From: Dehalococcoidia bacterium
Lineage (GTDB): Bacteria; Chloroflexota; Dehalococcoidia; Bin125
Length of the DNA: 64,000 bases
Assembly: GCA_963663235.2 (NCBI GenBank)
Contig: CAXXNO010000005.1
Coordinates: forward strand, 64,001-128,000
Direction: 5' to 3'
Below, in pieces: positions 10,179 through 20,061 of this stretch. Position 1 is the first letter of the stretch, and each line of letters opens with the position of its first letter. The position numbers were made by a program, and so were the translations under genes. The notes under the pieces were generated by a model. It had not been told where the DNA came from. It saw nothing but the letters and a program-made list of their open reading frames with translations, and ran no database searches.

Positions 10179-11405
10179 TTGAGGTGGTACGCCGTGACTC
10201 ACTGGCGTCGATGTCGGCCGGGAAGCCGCACGGTCTCCGTGTTGCTCGCGGGGCTGGTGCTGGGGGCGCTGGCGGCCGCCGCGTGCGGCGGGAACGGCGC
10301 CGCGCCGGTATCCGATCCCGCAACTCTGCCCCCGGCGCTCGATGATCCCGATCCTTCTACCGCCCAGCCGGAGCCGGGGCGCGACACGCCGGTCGAGGCG
10401 CCCGAGAGCGACGCGTCGGCGGAAGCGAATGCCCCTCCGAGCGACGCGGAACCGCCCGCGACGGACGCTGAACCCGACGAAACACCCTCCGCGGCCGAAC
10501 CGGCCCCACTGCAAGAATTGACTCTCGAAGCCTTTCCCGTTCCGGCGGGCTCGCGGCCGCACGATGTCGCTCCGGCCCTCGACGGCGGCGTCTGGTACAC
10601 GGCACAGGCCGCCGGCGCGCTCGGCTGGCTCGACCCCGCGACGGGCGAGACGCGCCACGTCCTCCTCGGCCCCGGCTCTCGGCCCCACGGCGTCATCGTT
10701 GGCCCCGATGGCGCCCCCTGGATCACCGATGGTGGTCTCAACGCCATCGTCCGCGTCGATCCGGAGACCGATGCCGTCTCCCTCTTCCCGTTGCCCCCCG
10801 ATCGGCCCAACGCGAACCTCAACACGGCCACCTTCGATCTCCAAGGACGCCTCTGGTTCACCGGCCAGAACGGCATCGTCGGCCGCCTCGACCCGGCCAC
10901 CGGCGAGATCGATGTCTTCGACGCTCCGCGAGGCGCCGGTCCCTACGGCATTACGACGACGTCTGCCGGCGACGTCTATTTCGCGTCCCTGGCGGGCAGC
11001 TACGTCGGCCGCATCGATGTGGACTCCGGCGCAATCACCGTGCTGGAGCCGCCGACGCCCGGCCAGGGGGCGCGGCGCGTGTGGTCGGATTCACAGGGGC
11101 GGATCTGGGTCAGCGAGTGGAACGCCGGCCGGCTCGCCCTCTTCGACCCTGCCACCGGCGCATGGCGTGAGTGGTCGCTGCCGGGGCCGGAGCCGCGCGC
11201 CTACGCGGTCTTCGTAGACACGCAGGACATCGTCTGGGTGAGCGACTTCGGCGGCAACGCGCTCCTGCGCTTTGATCCGGCCACCGAAGCGTTCACCACA
11301 TTCGCCTTGCCGAGCAGTCCAGGCAACGTGCGCCAGATCCTCGGACGCCCCGGCGAAGTCTGGGCACCCGAGTCGGCGGCCGACCAACTTGTCGTGATCC
11401 GCTGA
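10179..11405 (+). CDS. Virginiamycin B lyase (Vgb)-like beta-propeller lipoprotein (start uncertain)
   Basis: Lipobox-like AAAC, acidic Pro linker, and repeated PHDVAPALDGGVWYT / PHGVIVGPDGAPWIT / PYGITTT blades. Confidence 0.85.
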   Translation: MRWYAVTHWRRCRPGSRTVSVLLAGLVLGALAAAACGGNGAAPVSDPATLPPALDDPDPSTAQPEPGRDTPVEAPESDASAEANAPPSDAEPPATDAEPDETPSAAEPAPLQELTLEAFPVPAGSRPHDVAPALDGGVWYTAQAAGALGWLDPATGETRHVLLGPGSRPHGVIVGPDGAPWITDGGLNAIVRVDPETDAVSLFPLPPDRPNANLNTATFDLQGRLWFTGQNGIVGRLDPATGEIDVFDAPRGAGPYGITTTSAGDVYFASLAGSYVGRIDVDSGAITVLEPPTPGQGARRVWSDSQGRIWVSEWNAGRLALFDPATGAWREWSLPGPEPRAYAVFVDTQDIVWVSDFGGNALLRFDPATEAFTTFALPSSPGNVRQILGRPGEVWAPESAADQLVVIR

Positions 11406-11447
11406 CGGCCACGCCCTCGACGCGTCGGCCTCCCCGTGTCTCCGACC

Positions 11448-11822
11448 CTACGCGGGAGGTGCGCCCCTGGCTCCCCAATAGTCGTTGAGCGTGCCCTGCA
11501 TCTTCACAAACCAGATAGCCCACCCGATCACCGGCAGGAGGAACCAGAGCCCCCACTGCCAGTTGACGGGCGACGCTTCCCCGGCTTGCCTGTACATCCG
11601 CTCGAGTTCCACGGGGACCAGGAAGAAAGTCACGGGCGAGAGCAGCCAGTTGATGATCACGCCGACCCAGCCGCCCACGCCTTGTCCACTGTGTATCTGG
11701 ATCTCTTCGTGCGTCTTGAAGGTCCAGACGAGCCCCGCGATTCCGGCTGTAATTATGTACAAGACGATCCAAAGGCCGATGGAACGTTGCGAGCCGATCG
11801 GCCCGCTGCTGGATTGAGTCAA
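11448..11822 (-). CDS. DUF4234-like membrane protein
   Basis: RSIGLWIVLYIITAGI..WTFKTHEE..KMQGTLNDYW. AGGAGG upstream. Confidence 0.75.
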   Translation of the reverse strand: MTQSSSGPIGSQRSIGLWIVLYIITAGIAGLVWTFKTHEEIQIHSGQGVGGWVGVIINWLLSPVTFFLVPVELERMYRQAGEASPVNWQWGLWFLLPVIGWAIWFVKMQGTLNDYWGARGAPPA

Positions 11823-12000
11823 GGCTCACCTCCTAGGCGATCCACGCGCAGGCAAAGCGCTGAGCGTCTACCGCAATCGACGCGCATGACGGAAGGAGGT
11901 TGGGGGCGCCATCAACGTCCGGTGTCCTGTCCTCTGTGGACTCCATAACGCAGCGCTTCGAGATCTGCGCCGGAGCCCGCCGCGACGGATTCTGCTGGCC

Positions 12001-13518
12001 TCATTGCAGGCCCGCCGCGTCCCGCGCGAACGTGACGATCACGGTGGTGCCCGCGCCCAGGGTGCTCTCAATCGCCACCTCGCCGCCATGGGCCGTGACC
12101 AGCTGCTGCACGATCGCGAGGCCCAGGCCGCTGCCGCCGGTCGCGCGGCTCCGCGAGCTGTCGGGACGGTAGAAGCGATCGAATAGGTGTGGCAGGTGAT
12201 CGGGAGCGATGCCCTCGCCGGTGTCCGCAACCGAGACGCCGACATGCCCGTCCACGGCGAAGACCGTCACCGTGACCGACCCACCTCGCGGGGTATACCG
12301 GATCGCGTTGTCGATGAGGTTGCCGATGACCTGTCGCACTCGAACCGGGTCGAGGGAGACGGATGGGACGGCCGCGCTCACGGCCGTAAGTCGCACGCCG
12401 CTCGCCTCGGCTTTCGCTTGGTGGCTGGTGACAGCCTGTTCGATCAGCGCAGCCAGATCGGTTGGCTCACGGTGCAGGCGTAGCTCTCCAGCGTCGGCCA
12501 GGGCGAGCACCTGGAGATCGTCCACCAGTTGTTGCAGCAGCAACGCCTCCTCGTGGACCGCCGCGATCACGTCGGGTGAGGCCTCCACCACGCCGTCCTG
12601 GATCGCCTCCAGGTAGCCGCGGATGTTGGACAACGGCGTGCGCAGTTCGTGCGCGATATCGCTGGTCAGCATGCGGCGTTCCCTGTCGCTGCGCTCCAAC
12701 GCGTCGGCCATCGAGTTGAAGGCCTGCGCTAGCTGTCCAATCTCGTCGCCGCCTGTCGCACTCACGCGCGCGGTGAGCCGCCCTTGCTCCATGCGCTCGG
12801 CTGCCCCCGTGAGCTCGGCGATCGGGTTCAGGATCCGACGCCCCCCCAGCACGGTGACCACGCCCGCCGCGGCGAGCACCACGATCACCGCCACGATGAT
12901 CCGCAGGCTCGTGCCGCTCGGGAGGTTGAGGCCGCTGCTCGTTTCGCCGAAGCCGAGGAAGAGCAGCGCGGGCTCGGCCGGACTCGCCACGCACGTGAAC
13001 TCCTCGATCGTCTCGGAGGAGACCTCGCCGAACTCGTCGACCTCGACAACCTCGATGGTGATCAACTCATCGTCGGTGGGTCTGCCGGATTCCCCAATAA
13101 ATTCGGCGGCAAACGGGTCGAAACAGGGGTTGAATTCGTTCAGCGGGTTCGTCGCATCGATAAGAGCCGTCGCTGACTTGGGCAGGTCCACCGGGCCCCC
13201 GCCGTCGAGCGGCTCGGAGTCGGCGATCAACGCCCCACTCGGCGTGGTGAGGGCGATCCGCTCGTCGAACTCGAAGGCGAGCGAGGCGAGGAGCGCCTCG
13301 CTACCACGCCAGGTCGTGTGCGTCGCGGCGTAAAACGTCATCTCATCAAGGACGATCTCCTCGATCAGTTCTTGCTCTTCGATCACGTCGCGGAATCGAT
13401 CGGATGTCGCCTGGTTCGTGACCCACGCGGTCGCGACTACGGCGATCACGGCAACCGAGAGGCTGAGCAGGAGCAGGCGGACCCGCAGACTCAGGCGGCT
13501 CCGGACGCTAGCCGGCAT
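12001..13518 (-). CDS. HAMP sensor histidine kinase (BaeS-like)
   Basis: Two TM helices, HAMP (DEIGQLAQAFNSMA), DIAHELRTPL, NLIDNAIRYT, DTGEGI, GGSGLGL. Confidence 0.95.
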   Translation of the reverse strand: MPASVRSRLSLRVRLLLLSLSVAVIAVVATAWVTNQATSDRFRDVIEEQELIEEIVLDEMTFYAATHTTWRGSEALLASLAFEFDERIALTTPSGALIADSEPLDGGGPVDLPKSATALIDATNPLNEFNPCFDPFAAEFIGESGRPTDDELITIEVVEVDEFGEVSSETIEEFTCVASPAEPALLFLGFGETSSGLNLPSGTSLRIIVAVIVVLAAAGVVTVLGGRRILNPIAELTGAAERMEQGRLTARVSATGGDEIGQLAQAFNSMADALERSDRERRMLTSDIAHELRTPLSNIRGYLEAIQDGVVEASPDVIAAVHEEALLLQQLVDDLQVLALADAGELRLHREPTDLAALIEQAVTSHQAKAEASGVRLTAVSAAVPSVSLDPVRVRQVIGNLIDNAIRYTPRGGSVTVTVFAVDGHVGVSVADTGEGIAPDHLPHLFDRFYRPDSSRSRATGGSGLGLAIVQQLVTAHGGEVAIESTLGAGTTVIVTFARDAAGLQ

Positions 13519-14203
13519 CGTGCTCGTCGCGCATCCGGTAGCCCACGCCGTACACCGTCTGGACGTAGGTCGGGACCGCGGCGTCCGGCTCGATTTTCCG
13601 GCGGAGGTTCATCACGTGCACATCCACCGTGCGCTCGAGACCCTCGTACTCGAACCCAAACGCTTCCTGAAGCAGATCGGTCCGGCTGAATGCGCGGCCG
13701 GGTTCACGGATGAGCGCCTCGAGGATCGGGAATTCTTTGGGCGTAAGTTCCACCAGTTGCCCGTCGAGGCGGGCCTCGTGCCGCGCTGAGTCGACTGTGA
13801 GACCGCCGGTTGTGAACAGGGCTCCGGTGGTGGTGGCGGATCGCGGTGCGCGCCGGAGATGCGTCCGCACGCGCGCCACCAGTTCGCGAGGGCTGAAGGG
13901 TTTCGTGATGTAGTCATCCGCGCCCAGATCAAGGCCCAGCAGAAGGTCGTCCTCCGTGGAGCGGGCGGTAACCATGATGATCGGCACATCGGACTCGTGC
14001 CGGAGGACACGGCACACGTCCAGCCCATCCACACTGGGCATCATCACGTCCAGGAGCATCAGATCGGGGCTGCGCTGGCGGGCAAGCTCGATGGCGGTGC
14101 GGCCATCGTGAGCGACGAGGACAGCGTAGCCCGCCTGCTCCAAGTACATCCGGATCAACTCGGCCTGCTTGTGGTCGTCCTCGGCGACGAGGATGCGCTG
14201 CAC
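13508..14203 (-). CDS. OmpR-family response regulator
   Basis: ILVAEDD, LLDVMMP, GADDYITKPFS, RTVDVHVMNLRRKIE, TVYGVGYR. Overlaps the kinase start. Confidence 0.95.
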   Translation of the reverse strand: MQRILVAEDDHKQAELIRMYLEQAGYAVLVAHDGRTAIELARQRSPDLMLLDVMMPSVDGLDVCRVLRHESDVPIIMVTARSTEDDLLLGLDLGADDYITKPFSPRELVARVRTHLRRAPRSATTTGALFTTGGLTVDSARHEARLDGQLVELTPKEFPILEALIREPGRAFSRTDLLQEAFGFEYEGLERTVDVHVMNLRRKIEPDAAVPTYVQTVYGVGYRMRDEHDAG

Positions 14204-14301
14204 GGGGACCTCCGGGGCGGCGCCCCGCCCTCTGCGCGGGGTGCCGCATCTCCACAAGTGTAAGCGACGTAATGATCCCGGCGCGGGCCGGCGTCCGTCC
14301 A

Positions 14302-15561
14302 CTAGAGCTGCGCACGGATCTCGGCGCGCAACTCCACCAACTCCGGATAGTCGTAGAAGAATCGCACCTTCTGCTCGGCGATGCTGGCGCCCGTCGGCCG
14401 CTCGTGCAGCACGAAGATGACGAAACTCTCTGCAATATCCTCGGCCGGCCCCGACATGGCATAGTCCGTGTCGAACTGGTCGCGGTACGTGCGCCCGAAC
14501 TCGTCCACTGCGTCCCAGTACTCCTCGTCGCTGCCGGAGTTCTCTTCGATCGCGTTGAATTCAGCCAGGAGATCCAGCCAGTAGTTCGTGACGAACGCGT
14601 TGATGTACGACTCCGGGAGACTGCAGCCTTCTCCGGGGAAGTACGTGCGACAGGCGCCGCCGGCCCGGTCGTATGCGAACTCGCTGATGTCCCACGGGAG
14701 GGCGGGGACCTGCGTATTGTTCAGCGTCAACAGATGCGCGAACTCGTGGATCAGGGTGTGGTTGAGCTCTGCTAGATCATGGGAATCCACCGGATCCACG
14801 GCCAACAGCCACGTTGTAACGTCGGACTCGTTCACGGAGACGGCGGCGACGTTCCCGTCCAGGCCATCCGTGAAGATCTCGAACGTCGTCAACATCTGGC
14901 GGGCCTCGGCCGGAATGAGCTGAGTGAACCGCTCCCAGATCGCCTCATGCGTGGCGCGGTCGTTCTGCAGGTCGGTGAGGCCGGCCGCCACGGCGGGGAG
15001 TTCAGCAGCGCCCAGAATCCCGCTGCTGACGTCGTAGCGGACCAAGATCACTTCTGGATCGCCGGACCCGACATCGAAGTCACCGAAATCGCCGCACTCG
15101 TCGAAGCCGCTGACCTGGCGGTAGACATCGAACTCGTCGAACTCATCGAACTCATCGAAGCCGTCGAACTCGTCGAACTCATCAAACTCGCCCAATTCGT
15201 CGTAGTAGCCGCAGTCATCGAAGTCATCGAATCCGTCGTACAGGGCATCGTCGAGGTCCCAGAGCAGGGCATCGACGGCGTCCCACACGCAGTCCGTCGC
15301 GCCGTCGCCTTCGGAGAGACATCCCAAAGCGGCGGCGTCGAACTCCTCGATCGCGGCGCGTGCCGCCTCGAGATCAGCGGCTTCGTCGGCAGCCGCCACC
15401 GCTGCCCCCGCGTCGCCCGTATCGCCCTGGGACTGGTGCGCCCCGGTCGCGACGCTCGCGGCCGGCGGGGGCTGCCCCTCGGCTCCCACGGTGGCGATCA
15501 ACGTCAGCGCAACGAGCGCGAACGCCACCACTGCGATCAAGATCGTCCTGGGCATCTTCAT
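14302..15561 (-). CDS. Secreted acidic putative zinc metallopeptidase
   Basis: Signal peptide, TLIHEFAHLL (HExxH), and distal YAMSGPAEDIAESF. Confidence 0.7.
   Translation of the reverse strand: MKMPRTILIAVVAFALVALTLIATVGAEGQPPPAASVATGAHQSQGDTGDAGAAVAAADEAADLEAARAAIEEFDAAALGCLSEGDGATDCVWDAVDALLWDLDDALYDGFDDFDDCGYYDELGEFDEFDEFDGFDEFDEFDEFDVYRQVSGFDECGDFGDFDVGSGDPEVILVRYDVSSGILGAAELPAVAAGLTDLQNDRATHEAIWERFTQLIPAEARQMLTTFEIFTDGLDGNVAAVSVNESDVTTWLLAVDPVDSHDLAELNHTLIHEFAHLLTLNNTQVPALPWDISEFAYDRAGGACRTYFPGEGCSLPESYINAFVTNYWLDLLAEFNAIEENSGSDEEYWDAVDEFGRTYRDQFDTDYAMSGPAEDIAESFVIFVLHERPTGASIAEQKVRFFYDYPELVELRAEIRAQL
15128..15189 (-). repeat. 9-nt coding tandem repeat (about seven Phe-Asp-Glu units)
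   Basis: TCGAACTCR units on the + strand encode EFDEFDEFDGFDEFDEFDEFD. Confidence 0.9.
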
Positions 15562-15584
15562 GCTGTTCCTCTCATCATCGGGTC

Positions 15585-15647
15585 GTCGTAATGAGCATCG
15601 ACGTGTCGTAGTGAGCATGCCAACGACGCCGTGAAGAACTGATGAAG
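15585..15647 (-). promoter_or_regulatory. Candidate response-regulator binding site upstream of the peptidase-RR-HK unit
   Basis: TGAAG at 15632 and 15643 (11-bp period), plus a 14-bp direct repeat GTCGTARTGAGCAT at 15585 and 15605. Confidence 0.4.
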
Positions 15648-16091
15648 GAGTTGCAAGGTTGCTGCTCGATTTCTCTTGCGGGTTTCCGACGCCCGAGTTG
15701 CTCCCCGATGCCGGATAGGAGCGCTGCCTGATCTCGACCGGCACACCGGCCCGGACTTTTCCGCTGAAATGCGTGGTCGAGGGGGCGCGTCCGCGACCGG
15801 CAAAGGGCGCCCATGACCGGGCGCACGGCGCGGCGGCGAGACGCGCACAGGCGCAGCGCCGGCCGGTGTCGGGGCGCTACCCGTCCGAGCGGAGACGCGC
15901 GCGACCAGTCAGCGAGCCGCGCGAGTCGGCGCTCACTGGGGCAGTCGGCGCCAAGGTGGGGTTTTTGCTGGGCGCAGAAAAGCGGGGAGCCATGTCCGTG
16001 CCGCTGAGGTGGAGTTGGCGCCCCTTAGGGTGCCGTTCCTCACGGCGCGTCGGCGAGGCCGTTGCCTGCGGGTTGTCGCCCGCGTCGGCGG

Positions 16092-17864
16092 CTAGGAGGC
16101 GGTCTGCCGGCGTTTGCCGCGCATCTCCTGTCGCAGCGTGTTCGTGGCCTTGGCGTCGACTTCGTACTCCAGCGCGCGACGGTCTATCTCTCGGACGACG
16201 ACGCCGTACTGCTCGCGCGCCGCACCCAGGCTGAGGTATTCGTCTCGAATGTCGTCCACTACCTTCTCGACCGGCCGGTCCAAGGCGTCGCCGTAGCCGC
16301 CTCCGCCCGCCGACCAGTAGTGCAGCGACTCGCCCACAGCCACGGGGACGTTGATGGCCACGAGGCCGACGCGCCGCTCGTTTTCGGTCGCCTCATTCAT
16401 GATCAGGCCCGCCGTCGCTCCACGCTCGCCGGCGAAGATGCCCGGTGGCCCGATCAGGGCGCGGTTCCCGAAGTTCGTCAACGAACCGCCCACGAACGGA
16501 AACTCGCACACCTGGTCCAGGCCCAGTCCGCCGCGCATCTCTCCGGGCCCGCCGGTGTCCTGGCGGATGGAGTAGCGCCGCCAGAACAGGGGATAGCGCC
16601 GCTCCTGCATCTCGGCGGGGATATTCTGGATGGTCGCCGTAAAGGCCGTGCCCACCACGCTGGGGCCATCCTTGTACTTCGTGCCCCCCATGCCACCCAC
16701 CGCCCAGACGTACTCCAGGAACGGCTCCTCAAAGCCAAGCCGGTCGTCTTTGCCGGTGAAGATCGTGTTGAGAATCGTGGAGCAGGTTCCGGCTCCGCGC
16801 TCCGGCAGCGCCTGGCTCAGCACCTGCATGCCGCAGCCCACCAGGATCTCCATGCTGCAGGCCTGCAGTGACACCGCCGTCGGCGGCAGCGCGTGGCAGA
16901 TCGAGCCCCGTCGCGTCTTGATCTCGATCGCGCGCATGACCCCGGCGTTCATCGGCATTGGCGGCAGGATCGCCCCGATCGAGTTGAAGAGGGACGATGT
17001 GGTGGAGACAATCGTAGTGTTGATGCTCCCGGGGACGCAGTCATCGCTCTCGGTGAGGTCGAAGATCGCGTGGTCGTCTTCGATCGTCAGCTTGAGCCGG
17101 AATGTCGCCGGCTTGCCGCTATCGAAGACTTGGTCGTTGTAGTCCTCGGTCTCGTACGTCCCATCGGGGAGGCTGCGGAGCGCGGCCCGAATCATCCGCT
17201 CGGAGTAATCCTGCAGGTCGGCCATGCAGCCCCAGACCACTTCCAGCCCGTGCTTGCTGAAGAGCTCCTGGAGGCGGGCGTCGCCCGTGCGCAGGGCGGA
17301 GCACTGGGCGTTGAGGTCTCCCATCCGCTCCCATGAGTCGCGGACGTTTGTCATCACCAGCGATACGACGTCCCGCTGGAGCTCTCCGCGGTTGTAGACG
17401 CGGACCGCCGGCAGCCGGACGCCCTCGTCGAAGTACGTCAGCGCGCGCGAGTTCAGCGACCCCGGGACCGCGCCGCCGACGTCGCTCCAGTGTGCGGTCG
17501 ACTCAACGAAGGCGGCTATCTTCCCCTCGAAGAAGACTGGCCGGACGAAATGCATGTCGTTGCAGTGCGTGCTGGCGACATAGGGATCATTGATCCAGTA
17601 GATGTCGTCCGGCTGCATGGTCTCCAACCCGATCTGCTTCACGACCTCCTTGGTCGAGTACATGCTGAGCCCGACGAAAGCGGGGAGGTCGTACTCGCTC
17701 TGCGTCACCAGGCTTCCCTGCGCGTCGCTCACGGTCCCAGCGAAGTCCTTGCCCTCGTTGATCGCCACCGAATACGCGGTCTTGGACACCACCAGCGCCA
17801 TCTCGGCGCACGCCGCCTTCAGCGAGTTCCGCACGATTTCGAACGTTACGGGATCGACACTCAA
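16092..17864 (-). CDS. hyuB: Hydantoinase B/oxoprolinase-family subunit (paralog 1, divergent)
   Basis: VDPVTFEIVRN, INDPYVASTHCND, TAHWSDVGGAVPGS, SAGGGGYGD. Confidence 0.92.
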   Translation of the reverse strand: MSVDPVTFEIVRNSLKAACAEMALVVSKTAYSVAINEGKDFAGTVSDAQGSLVTQSEYDLPAFVGLSMYSTKEVVKQIGLETMQPDDIYWINDPYVASTHCNDMHFVRPVFFEGKIAAFVESTAHWSDVGGAVPGSLNSRALTYFDEGVRLPAVRVYNRGELQRDVVSLVMTNVRDSWERMGDLNAQCSALRTGDARLQELFSKHGLEVVWGCMADLQDYSERMIRAALRSLPDGTYETEDYNDQVFDSGKPATFRLKLTIEDDHAIFDLTESDDCVPGSINTTIVSTTSSLFNSIGAILPPMPMNAGVMRAIEIKTRRGSICHALPPTAVSLQACSMEILVGCGMQVLSQALPERGAGTCSTILNTIFTGKDDRLGFEEPFLEYVWAVGGMGGTKYKDGPSVVGTAFTATIQNIPAEMQERRYPLFWRRYSIRQDTGGPGEMRGGLGLDQVCEFPFVGGSLTNFGNRALIGPPGIFAGERGATAGLIMNEATENERRVGLVAINVPVAVGESLHYWSAGGGGYGDALDRPVEKVVDDIRDEYLSLGAAREQYGVVVREIDRRALEYEVDAKATNTLRQEMRGKRRQTAS

Positions 17865-18049
17865 TTGCGGTCTCCCTGCTGCTTCAGCACTCCTGGACGG
17901 CCTGCCGTTTCGCCGTCCTTTCCCATGATGAACGTCGGCTCACGAGGTGCGCGCCGAACCGGGACAGTCTACCGCACAGCGGCCGAGTGTCGAATCAGGA
18001 GCGCCCCGGCGGCTGACGCCGCTCGCGGGGCGCGGGCGCGAACGCCCGC

Positions 18050-18439
18050 CTAGACACGCAGGACGCGACTCACGAGCGAGCGATGCGCAGCCACGAAGGC
18101 GTATCCCGCTTCACGCAGCCACGTGAAGCCGGGCAGGTCAAGAGGGGCGATCAGTCGGCCCCCGCGAACCAGGCGGAGGGCACGTGTCACACTCTCGCCG
18201 CCGTGGTACTCGCGACCTTCGGGCGTGATGAAGTGAGAAGACGCCCGGATCTGCGCGTCGGAGAGCTCCGTCAGCCATTTGCCGGCGGGCAGCTCCGCGA
18301 AGGAGGCGATGTGCAGCGGCTCGCGGGCGCGGCGTTGCAGGCGGCGCGCAAGCCGGGTGCAAAAGTCGCACGCATCGTCATAGACCAAGACATACTGCCC
18401 TGGAGGGTCCGCCGCCTGTGTTGGTGCGTGGTGTCGCAT
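18050..18439 (-). CDS. DCC/DUF393-family thiol-disulfide oxidoreductase
   Basis: VLVYDDACDFC and GYAFVAAHR. Confidence 0.88.
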   Translation of the reverse strand: MRHHAPTQAADPPGQYVLVYDDACDFCTRLARRLQRRAREPLHIASFAELPAGKWLTELSDAQIRASSHFITPEGREYHGGESVTRALRLVRGGRLIAPLDLPGFTWLREAGYAFVAAHRSLVSRVLRV

Positions 18440-18532
18440 GGCACACTACGGGTGTTCGCTCGGGCGCTTCGATCAACTCCGGATGTAAGCGACCATGCTC
18501 TATAGAGTGCCAAGCGCTAGCCGAGAACGTCA

Positions 18533-19778
18533 ATGCCGGTGCTTCGGATAAGCGCGATCGTGCGCGAGATCGATCGGCGCACGTGGGTGTCGACGGCCGT
18601 TCACGACGGGTCCCTGCGCTCTAACCGGCTCGTTGCGCTGCAGGTCGCCCTGCCACTCGCCCTCCTGAGCGCGATTCTGCTCTCGCCGAAGCTGTGGCTA
18701 TCGAGCCGCGACTATCCGCTCATTCCCGTGTTCGACTTCCTGCCCCCGCTCGACGCCCCATTCGACGCCCTGGTCTTCGCGATCCTCGTTGCGGCGATCG
18801 TTCTTGCGGCTCTCGCCGTAAATCCTCGGCGCTACATCGCGGTGCTGCTGGCCGCACTCGTGCTCTTGATCCTCTTCGATCAAACCAGGCTCCAGCCGTG
18901 GACGTACCAGTACCTGTTCATGTTCGGGGCCTTGGCGGCGCTTTCCTGGTCCACCGCACACGCCGGGACGCGGGCGACGGCGCTGAACAGCGTCCGTTTC
19001 ATCATCGCCATCACGTACGTTTGGAGCGGCGCGCAGAAGCTGAACGTGACCTTCGCCGATGAGGTGCTTCCTTGGTTTGCCGAGCCGATCACGGACTTTC
19101 TGCCGGTTCTGTCGAACGACTTCCCGACCGCCGTCGGGTTCATGGCGGCGGCTCTGGAAATCGCGCTCGGGATGGGGCTCTTGTTCCGCAAGACCCGCTC
19201 GGTCGCGGTCATCGGGCTGATCGCGATGCACGTGCTCATCCTCATCTCTCTTGGGCCCCTGGGTCACAACTGGAACAGTGTGATCTGGCCCTGGAATGTC
19301 GCCATGGCGGTGTTCCTCGTGATCCTTTTCTGGAGGGGAAAAGGGCGCCGGCGCGCGCGATGTGCTCGTGGGTCGGCGCTGGCGCTTTCACACTCTCGCC
19401 GTACTCTTGCTCGGCGTGATGCCGCTCCTCAGTTTCTTCGACCGGTGGGATTCGTACCTGTCGTCCAGCCTCTATTCGGGAAACATTCGCACTGCGGCGA
19501 TCTTCGTCGATGAATCCGTCGGCGCCCGTCTACCCGCCGCGGTGCAGGAAAACGCGCGCCCTCAGTCCGATGGTCGGTTTCTCATCACGGTCTCGGATTG
19601 GGCGCTAAACGAGCTGAATGTCACTCCATACCCGGAAAACCGCGCCTTCCGGGCCGTCGCGGAGCACCTCTGCACGTACGCGGATGATCCGTCGGACGTG
19701 GAGCTGATCGTCCTCGGGAAGCCCGCTCTCTTCAACGGCGATCGTTCGATCACCGGATTCGAATGCTCCGACCTCTAG
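18533..19778 (+). pseudogene. HTTM/DoxX-like polytopic membrane protein split by one frameshift near 19340
   Basis: DQTRLQPWTYQY, YVWSGAQKLN and HNWNSVIWPWN in frame 1, then WDSYLSSSLYSGN and ELNVTPYPE in frame 2. Removing one base from GGGGAAAAGGG joins them, so this may be a sequencing error. Confidence 0.65.
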
Positions 19779-20061
19779 GGCAGAGACACGCCCAGGCCGT
19801 GGGTGTCCATGAACAGGTCGATCGCCACCCGAACACCACCGGGCCGGTTATCGCCAAGCAGACCACGCACCGCAAGCGTGCGCGGGGACCGTCCGGGACG
19901 GCGCCTTCGCCGTGGGCGGTGGTTGTGTGCCTTGGCATCGGCCGGGGTTGCGGCTGGCTGGCGAGGCCAACTACCCTTCCCCCGGTTACGATGTCTGTCG
20001 CGACAACGCGCGCCTGACGCACGGCCGATCAGCGGGCGCATCCGTAGCCTCTGGAGCCTTG

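Noticed and set aside
10179-11405. Streptogramin B resistance gene
   Set aside because: Vgb-like propellers are widespread and this one is a predicted lipoprotein, so resistance is unsupported.
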